Below, in pieces: positions 36,062 through 37,400 of a DNA stretch of 37,400 nucleotides. Under the pieces are notes generated by a model that made no database searches, was not told where the DNA came from, and worked only from the letters and a program-made list of their open reading frames with translations. Every line of letters begins with the position of its first letter. Positions within the stretch are counted from its first letter, which is position 1. Source of the stretch: Holosporales bacterium (GTDB lineage Bacteria; Pseudomonadota; Alphaproteobacteria; UBA3830; JAIRMZ01); the NCBI GenBank assembly GCA_031255325.1, contig JAIRST010000027.1, positions 1 to 37,400 on the forward strand. The letters run 5' to 3'. The position numbers and the translations under genes are program-made.

Positions 36062-37213
36062 TTGAAAAAATATAAATTTGTTTTGACGTATGGTTTTGCA
36101 CTATTTGGTATGTTTTTTGGATCTGGAAACTTGGTATTCCCCCTTAAAATAGGACAAAACACAGGCGAATGTTGGGTATTAGGGGTCTTAGGTTTAGCTA
36201 TAACTGGTGTTATTTTACCCTTTTTAGGGATTTTTGTGATCAAGCTTTATAAAGGAGATTATAGCTCATTTTTTGGAGGAGCGGGCTCTTTAGTAGAATC
36301 ATTTTTACCATTATTTGCTCTATCCTTAATGGCCTCTTTTGGCATTATGCCTAGGTGTATTACCGTTGCTTATGGAGGGATAAATCCCCTCATGCCGGAA
36401 TTTCCCTTGAGTATGTTCAGCTTTACATTCTGTGTCATTACTTTTCTTGTCTGCTTAAAAGAACAGCGTATCATCGATGTTGTCGGAAAATGGATGAGCC
36501 CTATCTTATTAGGTGCTTTAATCGCTTTAATCCTCTTTAGCACGCTATATTTTAATGCGCCAAAAGAAACCGACACGATGCCCTCTGTAAAAGCATTCTA
36601 TAATGGGTTTATAGCAGGCTATCAAACGATGGACTTGTTTGCTGCTTTCTTTTTTTCTACTATGATCTTTTCCCAGATACGGAAAACACTTCCCCCCAAT
36701 ACGTCAGACAAAGACACCATAAAAATTTCTATTAAAGCAAGCATTGTTGCCTCAATTTTACTGATGTTGGTCTATACAGGGTTTGTTTTCCTAGGGGCAA
36801 ATTTTGCCAACCTCATAACAAATGTGGAACCTGTGTTTTTGTTAGGGACTATTGTAAGCCACGTTATGGGAGAGTTTGGAGCGTTGTTTGTAGGAATAAT
36901 CGTCATACTTTCATGTTTTACGACAGCCGTTGCGCTTAATAACATTTATGCAAGGTATCTATGCTCTTTGTTCAATATAGAAGATAGATTTAAATGGGTT
37001 TTACTTGGAACAACAGGCATATCTTTTATTATATCTTTATTTAATTTCAACGGAATAGCCAACTTTTTAGCGCCTGTGCTTGAGGTCTCTTATCCCAGTG
37101 TTATTGCGTTAACTATAATAAGTCTTTTCTCAAAAGAGTGTCATAAACTAAAAACACTACTGTTTTATGGAATATTGGCGACTGTTCTGCTGAGTAAAAT
37201 TATGGTCACTTGA
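36062..37213 (+). CDS. brnQ: Branched-chain amino acid transport system II carrier (LIVCS/BrnQ family)
   Basis: 383 aa, polytopic. N-terminal FGMFFGSGNLVFPLKIG is the BrnQ hallmark. TTG start is preceded by GGGAGA. It is somewhat shorter than typical BrnQ. Confidence 0.75.
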   Translation: MKKYKFVLTYGFALFGMFFGSGNLVFPLKIGQNTGECWVLGVLGLAITGVILPFLGIFVIKLYKGDYSSFFGGAGSLVESFLPLFALSLMASFGIMPRCITVAYGGINPLMPEFPLSMFSFTFCVITFLVCLKEQRIIDVVGKWMSPILLGALIALILFSTLYFNAPKETDTMPSVKAFYNGFIAGYQTMDLFAAFFFSTMIFSQIRKTLPPNTSDKDTIKISIKASIVASILLMLVYTGFVFLGANFANLITNVEPVFLLGTIVSHVMGEFGALFVGIIVILSCFTTAVALNNIYARYLCSLFNIEDRFKWVLLGTTGISFIISLFNFNGIANFLAPVLEVSYPSVIALTIISLFSKECHKLKTLLFYGILATVLLSKIMVT

Positions 37214-37234
37214 ATAGCATTTTTGTATATCCCT

Positions 37235-37400
37235 TTATCGTGATTTGCCTGAAAGAGCTTCTTGCTGAAGAGCATAGAGGAACTCTAAAGCATCACGGGG
37301 AGAAAAATCATCAAGTTTAGCATTACAGATTTTTTCTTCTATAGCAGAGACAGGAAGAAGCGCTTCTTGCTTAGGTTTTAAGGGTTTTACAGATCGAGCG
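37235..37400 (-). CDS. mutS: C-terminal end of DNA mismatch repair protein MutS (partial, continues beyond window)
   Basis: Not in the ORF track. Translating the minus strand from 37399 gives ...EEKICNAKLDDFSPRDALEFLYALQQEALSGKSR*. This matches the characteristic MutS C-terminal block (L..ld.l.sPr.Al..LY.Lq). Confidence 0.55.
   Translation of the reverse strand, partial: ARSVKPLKPKQEALLPVSAIEEKICNAKLDDFSPRDALEFLYALQQEALSGKSR

Overview
This 37.4-kb chromosomal window looks alphaproteobacterial and moderately AT-rich. The taxon call is an inference from gene content: a ChpT-type phosphotransferase, an EnvZ-like kinase, a PWPWT-type lytic transglycosylase, recA-alaS, class I PhaC and tRNA sequences. 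No similarity search was possible. Most of the window is tightly packed housekeeping: 4 tRNAs, iscS, an ABC-F ATPase, DNA-repair genes (alkA-like, ogt, partial mutS, recA), mtaB, rlmH, a proC-proB-proA operon, alaS, phaC, yifB/comM and brnQ.

Two accessory regions stand out.

(1) A compact type VI secretion module lies on the minus strand at 6583-13062, in the order tssB-tssC-hcp-orf179-tssE-tssF-tssG.
- It encodes only the sheath, tube and baseplate-wedge parts.
- The window contains no membrane complex (TssJLM), TssK, TssA, VgrG/PAAR or ClpV.
- It carries one unassignable 179-aa gene, translationally coupled to tssE, whose C-terminus weakly resembles the neighbouring Hcp.
- Its Hcp has an unusual N-terminal extension.
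- The module ends in a stop-codon overlap with a convergent orphan envZ-like kinase gene.

(2) A visibly more AT-rich segment of about 4.3 kb (15409-19724) abuts tRNA-Phe. It carries a divergent fimbrial-usher-like outer-membrane protein and a two-domain pilin/adhesin-like secreted protein. It has no chaperone or major pilin gene, and a 780-bp non-coding stretch precedes the usher.

Smaller oddities:
- The chpT reading frame terminates inside the anticodon loop of a co-oriented tRNA-Arg gene.
- An 11-nt palindrome-containing motif is duplicated in the marR/proC divergent promoter region.
- A strongly pyrimidine-skewed 447-bp spacer lies upstream of iscS.

The ORF track uses longest ORFs with ATG/GTG/TTG starts. 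I trimmed several starts where a signal peptide, lipobox or Shine-Dalgarno sequence supports it. All family assignments rest on motifs read by eye.
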